NCBI RefSeq assembly: GCF_035084215.1
Contig: NC_090350.1
Span: 15,872,001-15,936,000 of the forward strand
Direction: 5' to 3'
DNA length: 64,000 bases
From: Heptranchias perlo
Taxonomy: Eukaryota
In this document: piece after piece, positions 39,141-51,541 of the stretch
How positions within the stretch are numbered: position 1 is the stretch's first letter
Layout: each line of letters starts with the position of its first letter
Notes under the pieces: generated by a model
The model's database searches: none
Told to the model about the DNA's origin: nothing
The model's input: only the letters and a program-made list of their open reading frames with translations
Program-made: the position numbers and the translations under genes

Positions 39141-39575
39141 TCATCTATTTGACATCAACCATTGAGTCCAATGTTCCTGATCAATCCAAGAGATTCTTCT
39201 AGACCTGGCCCCTGATGTTCAAGGCAGTTCCCAACTGACTCCTTAAATGCCCTTAAATGACTGGCACCGGGGGTTGGCAGTGGCGCGGTTGATCCAAACC
39301 CTTGTAACGTGTAGAATTGGGTTGCACATTAGGACAGAGGCAGAAGAGAACTTGCCGCCCATGCAGCCTGCCTAGGTTTGGCACTTATTTTGCCCAGGCT
39401 TTGGGTGGGGAGCAGGAGGCTGAGATCGTGGTCTGCGTTCTGATGCTCTCTTGCTGCTGATGATGATTAAAAGTCTTTTAAGCCTTAATACCAAATGTCT
39501 CTACATCGTAAGACACTAGAATAAATGGGAAAATAGACTCTTGCTTTAAAAAAGACCTTTGGTATCCGGTTTATG

Positions 39576-39925
39576 AAAGAACTTGTATTTATATCGCACT
39601 TTTCAAGTTCTCAGAATCCCCAAAGCACTTTACAGCCAATGGATTCTTTTGACGTGCAGTCACTGTTGTTATGTGGGCAAACACAGCAGACAATTTGCAC
39701 ACAGTAAGGTCTGACAAATAGCAAATGATTGAATGAATGACAGATAATATTTTGCATGGTGTTGGTTGAAAGATGATGTCATCCAGGACACCAGGAGAAC
39801 TCCCTGCACTATTTTGAACAGCGCCATGGGATCTTTTACATTAAACCTGAGCAGGCAGATTCAGTTTACTACCTAATCCAAAAGACGTCACTTCCAACAA
39901 ACCAGCACTCCTACAGCACTGCAAT
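39576..39925 (-). mobile_element. Older copy of the same SINE family
   Basis: Tail and Deu-like body match. Confidence 0.7.
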
Positions 39926-40286
39926 GAAATTTCATGATAGCCCACTCAATAACCAGACTGGCCAATACAAAGCCTGGCAAGGGGCAACCTTAGGCCCACT
40001 GCATCAAATAGACCATGCAATAACCAAAACATTGGTCAAAGAGGTGGGTTCTAAGGAGAGTTTTAAAGGAGGAGTGGGATACGGAGGGAATTCCAGAGCA
40101 TAGGGCCTAGTCACCTGAAGGCACAGCCACCAATGGTGGGCTGTAGAGAGCAGTGAATGCTCAAAGGCCCAGCACTGGAGGAATGGAGAATTTAATGGTG
40201 GGGGGGGGGGTGGGGTACTAGCGATGACCTTTATTTCCTTGCCCACTGACCAGCAATAACGGCATTACAGGGCTTCCTAATTCATA

Positions 40287-40563
40287 CTTGTCCCATTACC
40301 ACCCTCCTTGCCTTGCACCATCATCCCTTTTGTCATTTAATCACTCCTGCCCTCCACCCTATCACAGACCTTCCCTTTTGTTCTTTCCTCCCTTTCCCTT
40401 TCTCCTCCCACCCTTTCTCTAGCTCTGTACTTGCTTAACAACTGTTTAATCTTCAACTTCTTCCAGTTCTGATGAAGGGTCATCGACCTAAAACGTTAAC
40501 TCTGTTTCTTTCTCCACGGATGCTGCCTGACTTGCTGAATATTTCCAGCATTTTCTGTTTTCA
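40287..40563 (+). mobile_element. Penelope 3' fragment (family 2) with a mutated hammerhead core
   Basis: Pyrimidine-rich trailer, then CTGATGA at 40469-40475, stem II, and AAAA in place of GAAA. 14-bp TSD CTTCCTAATTCATA at 40273-40286 and 40564-40577. Confidence 0.8.
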
Positions 40564-41104
40564 CTTCCTAATTCATAGTTGCCAAATGTTCACTTTCTGA
40601 GCCATCATCAGACTTTTTGGCTGCTGTGCGCATGGCGGCTACTAAACAAACAACAACTTGTATTTATGTAGCGCCTTTAATGTAGTAAAACATTCCAAGG
40701 CGCTTCACGGGAGCGATCAAACAAAATTTGATCGAAACCCCATAAATTATAGGGACATGTACCTTTTGCACCTGCGATGAAATGTTATGTAGGCATAGAA
40801 GAGGCAAGGCGTTATGCTGCTGATGAACAGCATGTATGGGATTGGCAGATGTGAGTCTGTGCTGGGATTAGTGCAAAGCATAGGTGCAATCAAAACAAGG
40901 ACCATTTTTAAGAAGTCCTGTTTTAGGATTCCAACTTGGCCATCTTTTCAACTCCTTGTCTAAAAATGTTCCTTTAATGTTGTAATCTGAGCAAAGCAAA
41001 GGTTAGGGATAATTTACACAAATAGCTTCATTTTGCTTAAATATCCTACAATTTTGCTTCAGCAACGGTGTTCTGAATGTTACAGAGGACAATCAATATT
41101 GACA

Positions 41105-43385
41105 AACTGTAAATAAGAGGGTAAGTAGATGGGAGCAGAAAGTTGCAAAGAGACATTGATAGGTTAAGGCAATGGGCAAAACTGTGGCAGATGGAGTTCA
41201 TTGTGAGGAAGTGTGAGGTCATCCACTTTAGACCTAAGAACGATAGATAAGAGTATTTTCTAAATGGTGAGAAACTAGAAACTGTGGAGGAGCAGAGAGA
41301 GTTAGAGGTTCATGTTCAGAAATCACTAAAAGCTGGTGGACAGGTATAAAAAAATAATTTAAAAGGTGAATGGGATGTTCGCCTTTATCTCAAGGGGGCT
41401 GGAATACTATGGGGTGGAAGTTATGCCACAGATGTATAAAGCTCAGGTTAGACCACATCTGGAGTACTGTGTTTAATTCTGGGCACCTGAGGAAGGATAT
41501 ATTGGCCTTGGAAGGGGTGCAGTGCAGATTCACCAGAATGATACCGGGGCTAAAAGGGTTAAATTATGAAGACAGGTTGCATAGACTAGACTTGTATTCC
41601 CTTGAGTATAGAGGATTAAGGTTTTTTTTAATTCGTTCATGGGATGTGGGCGTCGCCGGCAAGGCCAGCATTTATTGCCTATCCCTAATTGTCCTTGAGA
41701 AGGTGATGGTGAGCCGCCTTCTTGAACCGCTGCAGTCCGTGTGGTGAAGGTTCTCTCACAGTGCTGTTTGGTAGGGAGTTCCAGGATTTTGACCCAGTAA
41801 CGATGAAGGAATGGTGATATATTTCCAAGTCGGGATGGTGTGTAAATTGGAGGGGAACGTGCAGGTGGTGTTGTTCTCATGTGCCTGCTGCCCTTGTCCT
41901 TCTAGGTGGTAGTGGTCGCGGGTTTGGGAGGTGTTGTCGAAAAAGCCTTGGCGAGTTGCTGCAGTGCATCCTGTGGATGGTACACACTGCAGCCACGGTG
42001 CGGCATTGGTGAAGGGAATGAATGTTTAAGGTGATGGATGGGGTGCCAATCAAGCGGGCTGCTTTGTCCTGCATGGTGTTGAGCTTCTTGAGTGTTGTTG
42101 GAGCTGCATTCATCCAGGCAAGTGGAGAGTATTCCATCACACTCCTGACTTGTGCCTTGTAGAAGGTGGAAAGGCTTTGGGGAGTCACTCGCTGCAGAAT
42201 ACCCAGCCTCTGACCTGCTCTTGTAGCTACAGTATTTATGTGGCTGGTCCAGTTAAGTTTCTGGTCAATGGTGACCCCCAGGATGTCGATGGTGGGGGAT
42301 TCGGTGATGGTAATGCTGTTGAATGTCAAGGGGAGGTGGTTAGACTCTCTCTTGTTGGAGATGGTCATTGCCTGGCACTTGTCTGGCACGAATGTTACTT
42401 GCCACATATCAGTCCAAGCCTGGATATTGTCCAGGTCTTGCTGCATGCGGGCATTCACTACTTCATTATCTGACGGGTTGCAAATGGAACCGAACACTGT
42501 GCAATCATCAGCGAACATCCCCATTTCTGACCTTATGATGGAAGGAAGGTCATTGATGAAACAGTTGAAGATGGTTGGGCCTAGGACACTGCCCTGAGGA
42601 ACTCCTGCAGCAATGTCCTGGGGCTGAGATGATTGGCCTCCAACAACCACTACCATCTTCCTTTGTGCTAGGTACGACTCCAGCCACTGGAGAGTTTTCC
42701 CCCTGATTCCCATTGACTTCAATTTTACTAGGGCTCCTTGGTGCCACACTCGGTCAAATGCTGCCTTGATGTCAAGGGCAGTCACTCTCACCTCACCTCT
42801 GGAATTCAGCCCTTTTGTCCATGTTTGGACCAAGGCTGTAATGAGGTCTGGAGCCGAGTGGTCCTGGCAAAACCCAAACTAAGCATCAGTGAGCAGGTTA
42901 TTGGTGAGTAAGTATTGCTTGATAGCACTGTCGACGACACCTTCCATCACTTTGCTGACGATTGAGAGTGGACTGATGGGGTGGTAATTGGCCGGATTGA
43001 ATTTGTCCTGCTTTTTGTGGATCCAATTGAGGTGTTTAAGATGATTAGAAGATTTGTTATGGTAGATGGAGAGAAACTATTTCCTCTGGTGGGGGAATCC
43101 AGAACAAAGGGGCATAACTTTAAAATTAGAGCTAGGCCGTTCAAGGGTGATGTCAGGAAACACTTTACAAAAAGCATAGTGGAGATCTGGAACTCTCTCA
43201 AAAAGCTGTTGAGGCGAGGTCAATTGAAAATTTTAACACTGAGATAGACAGATTTTTGTTAGATAAGAGTATTAAGGGATATGGAGCAAAGGCGGGTAAA
43301 TGAAGTTGAGGTATAGATCAACCATGATCTAATTGAATGACAGTACAGGCTCGATGGGCTGAATGGCCTACTCCTGTTCCTATCT
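41105..43385 (+). mobile_element. Degraded CR1 ORF2 3' region (host of the nested element), in two parts 41105-41621 and 43020-43385
   Basis: LRKDILALEGVQCRFTRMIPGLKGLNYEDRL continues after the insert as IEVFKMIR...SRTKGHNFK, followed by the CR1 3' UTR. Confidence 0.85.
41622..43019 (-). mobile_element. 5'-truncated poly(A)-tailed non-LTR retrotransposon (CR1/L2 group) RT fragment, nested in another CR1
   Basis: ORF 41877-42833 has DIKAAFD, GVPQGSVLGP and MFADD. A T-run at 41622 marks the 3' end. It splits the host CR1 motif RGLR|DxIEVFK. Confidence 0.9.
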
Positions 43386-43497
43386 TCCGAAGTTATCTGT
43401 TTGTAAGAATGTGCTTGAGAATATGCTCCACAATTGCAGATTTTAGGAATTCTGATGAGACTGTCCCTGAAAATTGTTAAAATGACAAAAGACCATA

Positions 43498-43684
43498 GGT
43501 GGGTAAGTTTAATTTTGGGTGACAGTGTACAACAGTCAATATCGGATCAGCTGCCCGTTGTATACCTCTCCTGATGTTAATTTCCGTCGACATCAATGTA
43601 AACGAAAATTAGGAGAGACGTATAACAAGCGGCTAAGTTGATATCACCCATTTTACATTACTGCCAAAAGTCCAAACCTCCCCC
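43498..43684. mobile_element. Degenerate palindromic MITE
   Basis: Imperfect inverted symmetry, e.g. AGCTGCCCGTTGTATACCTCTCCTGAT versus ATTAGGAGAGACGTATAACAAGCGGCT, with GGG...CCC ends. Confidence 0.6.
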
Positions 43685-46600
43685 ATTATTTCTGAGTAAG
43701 TCCCCAATGAAGACTCCCAATATCTTTCATGTACACATGCACACCAGAGCCTGAATTTGCAAAGGGTAGTGCCACAGCCAAAGAATGAATTTTTAAAATT
43801 ACTTACCAGCTTGATGAATCGAAACTTTGTTTTGCTTCAATTTAATTTTCACTCACTAAGAACTATTAGTTAAATTAGTTAAGTATTTTTGTACGGATGG
43901 ATCGTCGGTTACTATTGAGAGTTGTCACAAGCCATTTAGGTTCAGTAATCCACGGTGTCTCCCCATTTGCTTTCTCACTCCCACTCACCAGCTCAGGTAT
44001 TTTCACCTGGGGGAATTAGAAGAATTAGTGAGATTGTGGCACTGAGTGACTTACAGAGCAAGAGGGAGCCAGAGGAGTGGGGAGAGGGTGAAGATGTGCC
44101 ACCTTCCCAACTGAAGCCAAGGAGAAGGCTGCCTATGGTTTTGGACCGGTGGGACCCAGATCTCATGGGTACTCACCTGAAAAGATGGATTTTTGAGCAA
44201 CATCGTATCTATGGGCAGGCTCTGAGGTCAGTCTCTGAGGATTCCAACTGCTATCCCATGTAAGGTCAGCAAACTCCCCGTAATACTTCAGTTCAAGGTC
44301 AAATGACACAACCTTAGACACCCAGCACTTTTCACATGAATCCAGCTTCAGCTTTGTTGGAATATGTGTCAGAGAGCTTGTCAGTCCACCTGGCGAACAG
44401 CCTCCCCTTCAGTTAATGATTCACTTGCCAACTTAACGAGCTGGCTGTCTTATCTGGATTGCTGGCAAAAACCAAAGGATGGATTCCGTCCTCACCTTCT
44501 ATAACTTGACTTCAATTGGCCCCCAAACCATTGAGAGATTCATCAACCAATAGTTCAAAGGTCTGTCAACATTTGGGTGGGCCAGGACTGCAGTATTTAG
44601 GAGGGTGGCCTTCAGCATTTCAAATGTAGATAAAATGTAATGGTCCAGTCTTTTGTGATCAACTATCTGTGGAACAGGGCTGCTTTTCCCTTTCTTTCAC
44701 AACCCCTTCTTTAGTTCCAGAGTGTAATGCATGTAGAAATTTAGCCATGAAGGCATTCGATCAATAAAATGGCTATAATAATTAAACTGCCCAGTGCAGA
44801 CCTGATTCTGTTTCCAGATAGGATCTTGCCATCTTCAACCAGCAAAGCAACTACAGACCATCCCAATGTCACAATTTATCTGGTCAGTCACCATGGCGCT
44901 TGGTGAAACTGCAGTTACAGAGTATGTGCTTTAGAGTTAAAAGTTAATGGTTGCAGAACACAAAAGAGATTCACAATACCAATGACAGGCACCTGTGCAA
45001 GAGGGAGAACAGGGGGCTATACCCAGACATTCAGTGTTGCAGTGCTCCTGGATGACGAAGAGACTGTCTGAAAGGAAAAGGACATTCAGTCATGATGGTT
45101 TATGACACGTTTATGGAGACCATCAATCCAAAGTCAGCTGTGAGCAATGTAGACCTGCCTCGCAGGTGTAATAAATGTATACTACACCCATTACCATCAG
45201 ACATTCTGTACAATTGGCTTTTAAATTTAAAAAATAAATTGTGGATTTGTTTTCTTTTACTGTACTTTTGTAGGGATTTTTTAAAGAGCATCAGTACCAT
45301 CCAGTCAATGCACAACATGAAGTGGGGATGGTGTTGAAGAATGGGGTGGTTTGAAGGAACAGGTTTGCATCCACAGTGGGTGTTGATTCGAGGCCAAGAT
45401 GTTTCCTCCACAGGGAGAGTGGGAAAATCAGAGACAACAGCATCTCTGGGCTGTCACTCTCTCCATTCCATAGTATCTTCTGGTAGCTGTTCATAGACTG
45501 AAGCATTGGAACAGGCCATCTGGCCATGGCTGGAACAAAAGTAGAAATTGAAAAAAAGATCACGATGAAATTGTTATGTAGAAGAATTTTGTCAGAGGCA
45601 AGGAACACTAATGAACCAGCATGTAGTGAGGATAATGGTGAATTGAGATGTGTATGCGATTAATTCACTAAAGGTCTGTCAATCAGGCTGGGCAGCAGAG
45701 TGACCATCAGTTCCAGAGCCTGAAGCAGGAGGGGGCAGGGAAGGAGTGAGATGATGGCTTGAGTTTTGATATTTGCAGAGGAAAATTCATCAGTAACTTT
45801 AATAACTAACACCGCCACATCATTGGAAAAAATGGACTTATATTTTTTTTAAATGAAAATATTGGAAATCTGAAATAAAAATAGAAAATGCTGGAAATTA
45901 ATGGCAAGTCCACCAGGATCTGAAAGAGAGTCTTTTAGTATAGTGAAACCTGTATGAACAGACACTCCCAAAAAACAGACACCTGCAAAAAAAACGGACA
46001 CTTATTGACAGACCCAAATAACTTGCATGGTAAAATATACTAGAGGCACTCTGAAATCACAGACACTCACAAATTACGAACTACGGACAGCCTTCAATAA
46101 ACCAAGCCTTATTACAAGTTAAAACACGGGACACAGTCTGACGCCACACTTCAAAACATTCAAAATACGCACTCTTTGTGAGCCTGAAGATCGTGTTGAT
46201 CGATGGATTGTTACCAGATTCCTTTTTGTCCCTGCCGGTATTGGGGTTAGAATCACCCCTGCAGCCGCTGTCCCTGCTTCCAAAAGCAACCATGTTGACA
46301 ACGCACCCGACCTCACACGGACCAAGAAGGTGCACACTTCTAAGTTTGCATGGTGAAGTTTTCCCACAGGGTATCTAGGGAAGGATGAGTTCAATGGCAG
46401 ATCCATGCCTAGGTATAGATATATTTGGAAACCTTCTCCCAATTCTTCTAAATCCACTGCGTTATAGGTGAACCCTAGGAGACTCCATGTTCAGTGGTCC
46501 AGACAGTACGCCATGCCACATCCTGGTGAAACATCCATCCCATTATCTTCTTTGTTTACTCCTCAGGCAAGAACATTGTTATTCCCTGGAAGTGATGTTC

Positions 46601-47561
46601 AAATGGATGTCAGGTAACAGTTAGTATGCTCTTAGTTAGAGAAAAATGAATTTTTAACTCTCTGTAAACTCAGGAGCTCTCCTGGAGTTGCTCCCCATCT
46701 GGTTTTGGTTTGGTTTTTGGAGATGGCTGTCTGGATGTTTCTAAAATGTAAACTGGACACCAAATCTCCAGTTTGTAAGACAGAAGTTCACTTTTTTTCC
46801 CCAGTTAATTCTGTGTGTTATGATGTAGAGACAATTTGGCTGCTGTGTTTTCCTACTTTAGAAAACAGTGACCACACTTTAGAAGTGCTCCATTAGCTGT
46901 AAAGTACTTTGCGACATCCTGATGTCATGTAAGGTGCTATATAAATGCAAATTCTTTCTTTTTTAGTTATCACTGTTATAATCATCAGCAAAGAAAACTT
47001 TACAGGGTAAATGTTTCAAGTCCACACCAGCATGCATTGGAAAACCAATGGTGCACTGCCCACAATTTCCCGATACATGCGAGCTGTGGGCGAGGAACCT
47101 TGTCCGAAAACTTAGGCTTAGAACTCAATCCGTAATCCCATCCGTTTCCCACCTTCTGTTCAGTTTTTGACTTGGGAAAAGATGGGAGCCCTACACAAAA
47201 TAAAATCAATAAATATGAGCTCTGCATGTGCAGGACCATCTACTAGTATTTGCTTAAGTTACATTAGGCAGATTGAAGAAAAAATTACTTACACAAATGG
47301 AAAAAATGTTAAGGAAAAAGGTTGTAAGCAATTACTGTAATGGCACCTAATTTCTCACTCGTTAAGATAGCAGTAGTACAGCTTTAACAGTTTGGGATGC
47401 AGCCCCCTCTAGACGAGTCATTATCTTTTTATTATTATTCTCCTCCCTACTCTTGAAGTATTGGTTCTGTCATCATGCAATTAAGTGGAAGCCACTGTAC
47501 CAAATCTATTTATATTATTAAAAATATTATGTCTGTACATCGATAATATTGTTTAATTGTA

Positions 47562-47878
47562 AAGAAGGAACTTGCATTTATAAAATGCCTGATCATGTCC
47601 TCAGAACATCCAAAGCTCTTCATAGCCTATAGATTACTTTTGAAGTACAGTCACTGTTGTTATATAGACATCCAATTTGTGTACAGCAAGTTCCCATAAA
47701 CAGCAAAAGAGATGAATCTGTTTTTGATGCTGTTGCTTGTGGGAGAAATGTTGGCCAGGGCACCAAGAGAACTCTTCTATAAACAATGCATGGGATCTTT
47801 TATGTGCACCTTAACTGGTAGACAGGACCTTGGTTTGACTTCTTATCCAAAACAGCACTTCCAACAATGCAGCACTTC
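47562..47878 (-). mobile_element. Older copy of the same SINE family
   Basis: Tail and body match. It runs directly into the 25-bp minisatellite. Confidence 0.65.
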
Positions 47879-47879
47879 C

Positions 47880-48533
47880 TTTTACAAGTCTATCACTATT
47901 CCACTGTTTCAGCTCTATCATTATCCTATTACACTGTTACAGGTCTATCACTATCCCACTGTTACAGCTCTATCAATATCCTACTACACTGTTACAAGTC
48001 TATCACCATCCCATGTTGCATCTGTCCCTGTCGTTGTGTTATAAGTCTATCATATCTCTATCTTACAGGTCTTACTGTGATACAGGTTTAATACTATCAC
48101 TGTGTTACAGGTCTATCCCTATGTTACATGCCTGTCTCTATTCCTGTGATACAGGTCTATTACTATCCCATGTTACAAGTATATCCCTGTTACATTATTG
48201 TCTCTATCCCTTTGATGCAGGTCTATTAGTATTCATGTGTTACAAGCCTAACCCTATGATACATTTCTGTCCCTATCCCTGTGCTACAGGTCTCTCCCTG
48301 TTACAGACCTATTACTATCACTATTGTACAGGTCTATTACTAGACCTGTGATACATGTCTGCCCTTTCCCTGTGTTACAGGTCTATTACTGTACCTGTGT
48401 TACAGGTCTATTACTGTATCTGTGTTACAGGTGTATTATTAGTCCTGTGTTACAGGTCTATTACTGTATCTGTGTTACAGGTGTATTATTAGTCCTGTGT
48501 TACAGGTCTATTATTATCCCTGTGTTACAGGTC
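47880..48533. repeat. Minisatellite with 24-25 bp unit (CTGTGTTACAGGTCTATTACTGTAT)
   Basis: Clear 25-bp units at 48370, 48395, 48420, 48445 and 48470, more diverged leftward. Confidence 0.9.
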
Positions 48534-48535
48534 TC

Positions 48536-48660
48536 GCTCCCCATGTCTGCGATGGTTTCCTTCCGGACAGTTGACGGGGGAGCACCCGCACGTTAACCTG
48601 CGCCGTTTCCAAGTTTTGTTCCCATAGAAACAACGCGCTCGCTGCAGCTCGACAACCATG
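48536..48660 (+). promoter_or_regulatory. CpG-rich candidate DNALI1 core promoter with an RFX X-box
   Basis: GTTCCCATAGAAAC at 48618-48631 fits the X-box GTTNCCATRGNAAC. Ciliary genes are typical RFX targets. An ETS-like TTCCGG is near 48561. Confidence 0.6.
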
Positions 48661-51535
48661 AGAGAGAGAACGGNNNNNNNNNNNNNNNNNNNNNNNNNNN
48701 NNNNNNNNNNNNNNNNNNNNNNNNNNNNNNNNNNNNNNNNNNNNNNNNNNNNNNNNNNNNNNNNNNNNNNNNNNNNNNNNNNNNNNNNNNNNNNNNNNNN
48801 NNNNNNNNNNNNNNNNNNNNNNNNNNNNNNNNNNNNNNNNNNNNNNNNNNNNNNNNNNNNNNNNNGATAGAGAGAGAGAGAGAGGGATAAACCGGGATAG
48901 AGAGAGAGAGAGGGATAAACCGGGATAGAGAGAGAGAGAGGGATAAACCGGGATAGAGAGAGAGAGAGGGATAAACCGGGATAGAGAGAGAGAGAGGGAT
49001 AAACCGGGATAGAGAGAGAGAGAGAGAGAGGGATAAACCGGGATAGAGAGAGAGAGAGTGGCATAAACCGGGATAGAGAGAGAGAGCGGGATAGAGAGAG
49101 AGAGAGAGCGGGATAGAGAGAGAGCGGGATAAACTGAGATAGAGAGAGAGAGAGCGGGATAAACCGGGATAGAGTGAGAGGAATAAACCGGGATAGAGAG
49201 AGAGCGGGATAAACCGGGATAGAGAGAAAGAGAGAGAGCGGGATAGAGAGAGAGAGCGGGATAAACCGGGATAGAGTGAGAGGGATAAACCGGGATAGAG
49301 AGAGAGAGCGGGATAGAGAGAGAGAGAGCGGGATAAACCGGGATAGAGAGAGAGAGAGCGGGATAAACCGGGATAGAGAGAGAGAACGGGATAAACCGGG
49401 ATAGAGAGAGAGAGAGGGATAAACCGGGATAGAGAGAGAGAGAGGGATAAACCGGGATAGAGAGAGAGAGAGAGGGATAGAGAGAGAGAGAGAGGGATAA
49501 ACCGGGATAGAGAGAGAGAGAGTGGCATAAACCGGGATAGAGAGAGAGAGCGGGATAGAGAGAGAGAGAGAGCGGGATAGAGAGAGAGAGAGAGCGGGAT
49601 AGAGAGAGAGCGGGATAAACTGAGATAGAGAGAGAGAGAGCGGGATAAACCGGGATAGAGTGAGAGGAATAAACCGGGATAGAGAGAGAGCGGGATAAAC
49701 CGGGATAGAGAGAAAGAGAGAGAGCGGGATAGAGAGAGAGAGCGGGATAAACCGGGATAGAGTGAGAGGGATAAACCGGGATAGAGAGAGAGAGCGGGAT
49801 AGAGAGAGAGAGAGCGGGATAAACCGGGATAGAGAGAGAGAGAGCGGGATAAACCGGGATAGAGAGAGAGAGCGGGATAGAGAGAGAGAGAGCGGGATAA
49901 ACCGGGATACAGAGAGAGAGCGGGATAGAGAGAGAGCGGGATAAACCGGGATACAGAGAGAGAGCGGGATAGAGAGAGAGCGGGATAAACTGAGATAGAG
50001 AGAGAGAGAGCGGGATAAACCGGGATAGAGTGAGAGGAATAAACCGGGATAGAGAGAGAGAGCGGGATAGAGAGAGAGAGCGGGATAAACCGGGATAGAG
50101 AGAGAGAGAGAGCGGGATAGACCGGGATAGAGAGAGAGAGAGAGAGCGGGATAAACCGGGATAGAGAGAGACTGGGATAAACTGGGATAGAGAGGGAAAG
50201 CGGGATAAACCAGGAGCTAGAGAGAGTGGGCGGGATAAACTGGGATAGAGAGGGAGAGAGAGAGCGGGATAAACCGGGATAGAGGGAGAGAGAGAGAGTG
50301 GGATAAACCGGGATAGAGAGAGAGAAAGGGAGAGCGGGATAAACTGGGATAGAGAGAGAGAGAGTGCGCGGGATAAACCGGGATACAGAGAGAGAGTGCG
50401 CGGGATAAACCGGGATACAGAGAGAGAGTGCGCGGGATAAACCGGGATACAGAGAGAGAGAGAGAGAGCGGGATAAAGCGGGATACAGAGAGAGAGGGAT
50501 AAACCGGGATAGAGAGAGAGAGAGCGGCATAAACCGGGATAGAGAGAGAGAGAGCGGCATAAACCGGGATAGAGAGAGAGAGCGGCATAAACCGGGATAG
50601 AGAGGGAGAGAGAGTGCGCGGGATAAACCGGAATACAGAGAGAGAGAGGGATAAACCGGGATAGAGAGAGAGAGAGAGAGCGGCATAAACCGGGATAGAG
50701 AGAGAGAGAGAGAGCGGCATAAACCGGGATAGAGAGAGAGAGCGCGTGGGATAAACCGGAATACAAAGAGAGAGAGAGGGATAAACCGGGATAGAGAGAG
50801 AGAGCGGGATAAACCGGGATAGAGAGAGAGCGCGGGATAAACCGGGAGAGAGAGAGAGTGCGGGATAAACCAGGATAGAGAGAGAGAGAGAGAGCGCGGG
50901 ATAAACCGGGATAGAGAGAGAGACCAGGATAGAGAGAGAGACTGGGATAAACCGGGATAGAGAGCGGGATATACCGGGATAGAGAGAGAGAGAGCAGGAT
51001 AAACCGGGATAGAGAGAGAGACCAGGATAGAGAGAGAGAGTGGGATAAACTGGGAGAGAGAGAGAGAGAGCGGGATAGAGAGAGAGAGCGGGATAAACCA
51101 AGATAGAGAGACAGGGATAGAGAGAGCGAGCGCGTGATATACTGGGATAGTGAGAGAGAGAGAGAGAGATAAACTGGGATAGAGAGAGAGAGTCTGGGAT
51201 AAACCAGGATAGAGTGAGCGAGATAGAAGGACACCGGGATAGAGAGACTGAAATAAACCGGGATAGAGAGCGAGAGACCAGGATAAACCAGGAGAAAGAG
51301 ATCGATCGCGATAAAGAGACCAGGATAAATCGAGATAGAGACTGGGTTCAACTGGGAGAGAGATATCGGGGTCAATCGGGACAGAGAGAGATCGGGATAA
51401 ACCAGAACAGAGAAACCAGGAGAGACCGGGATAAAGCAGGACAGAGTGAAACCGGGAGCTGGATAAACCTGGAGAGAGAGAAGCCGGGAGTGAGAAACTG
51501 GGAAAAACCAAGAGACCGGGATAAACCAGGAGAGG
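48661..51535. repeat. GA-rich compound minisatellite (CGGGATAAACCGGGATA(GA)n), including an assembly gap
   Basis: Directly visible. Homogeneous on the left and degenerate after about 51100. Confidence 0.95.
48674..48865. other. Assembly gap (192 N)
   Basis: Run of N. Confidence 1.
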
Positions 51536-51541
51536 CAGAAG

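Noticed and set aside
44780-45500. Exon-like stretches between SNIP1 and DNALI1
   Set aside because: Stops in all frames over short distances and no identifiable homology.
48866-51100. Repeat-plus-variable-spacer look of the GA array (CRISPR-like)
   Set aside because: The variable parts are only (GA)n length changes, there are no cas genes, and the context is vertebrate.
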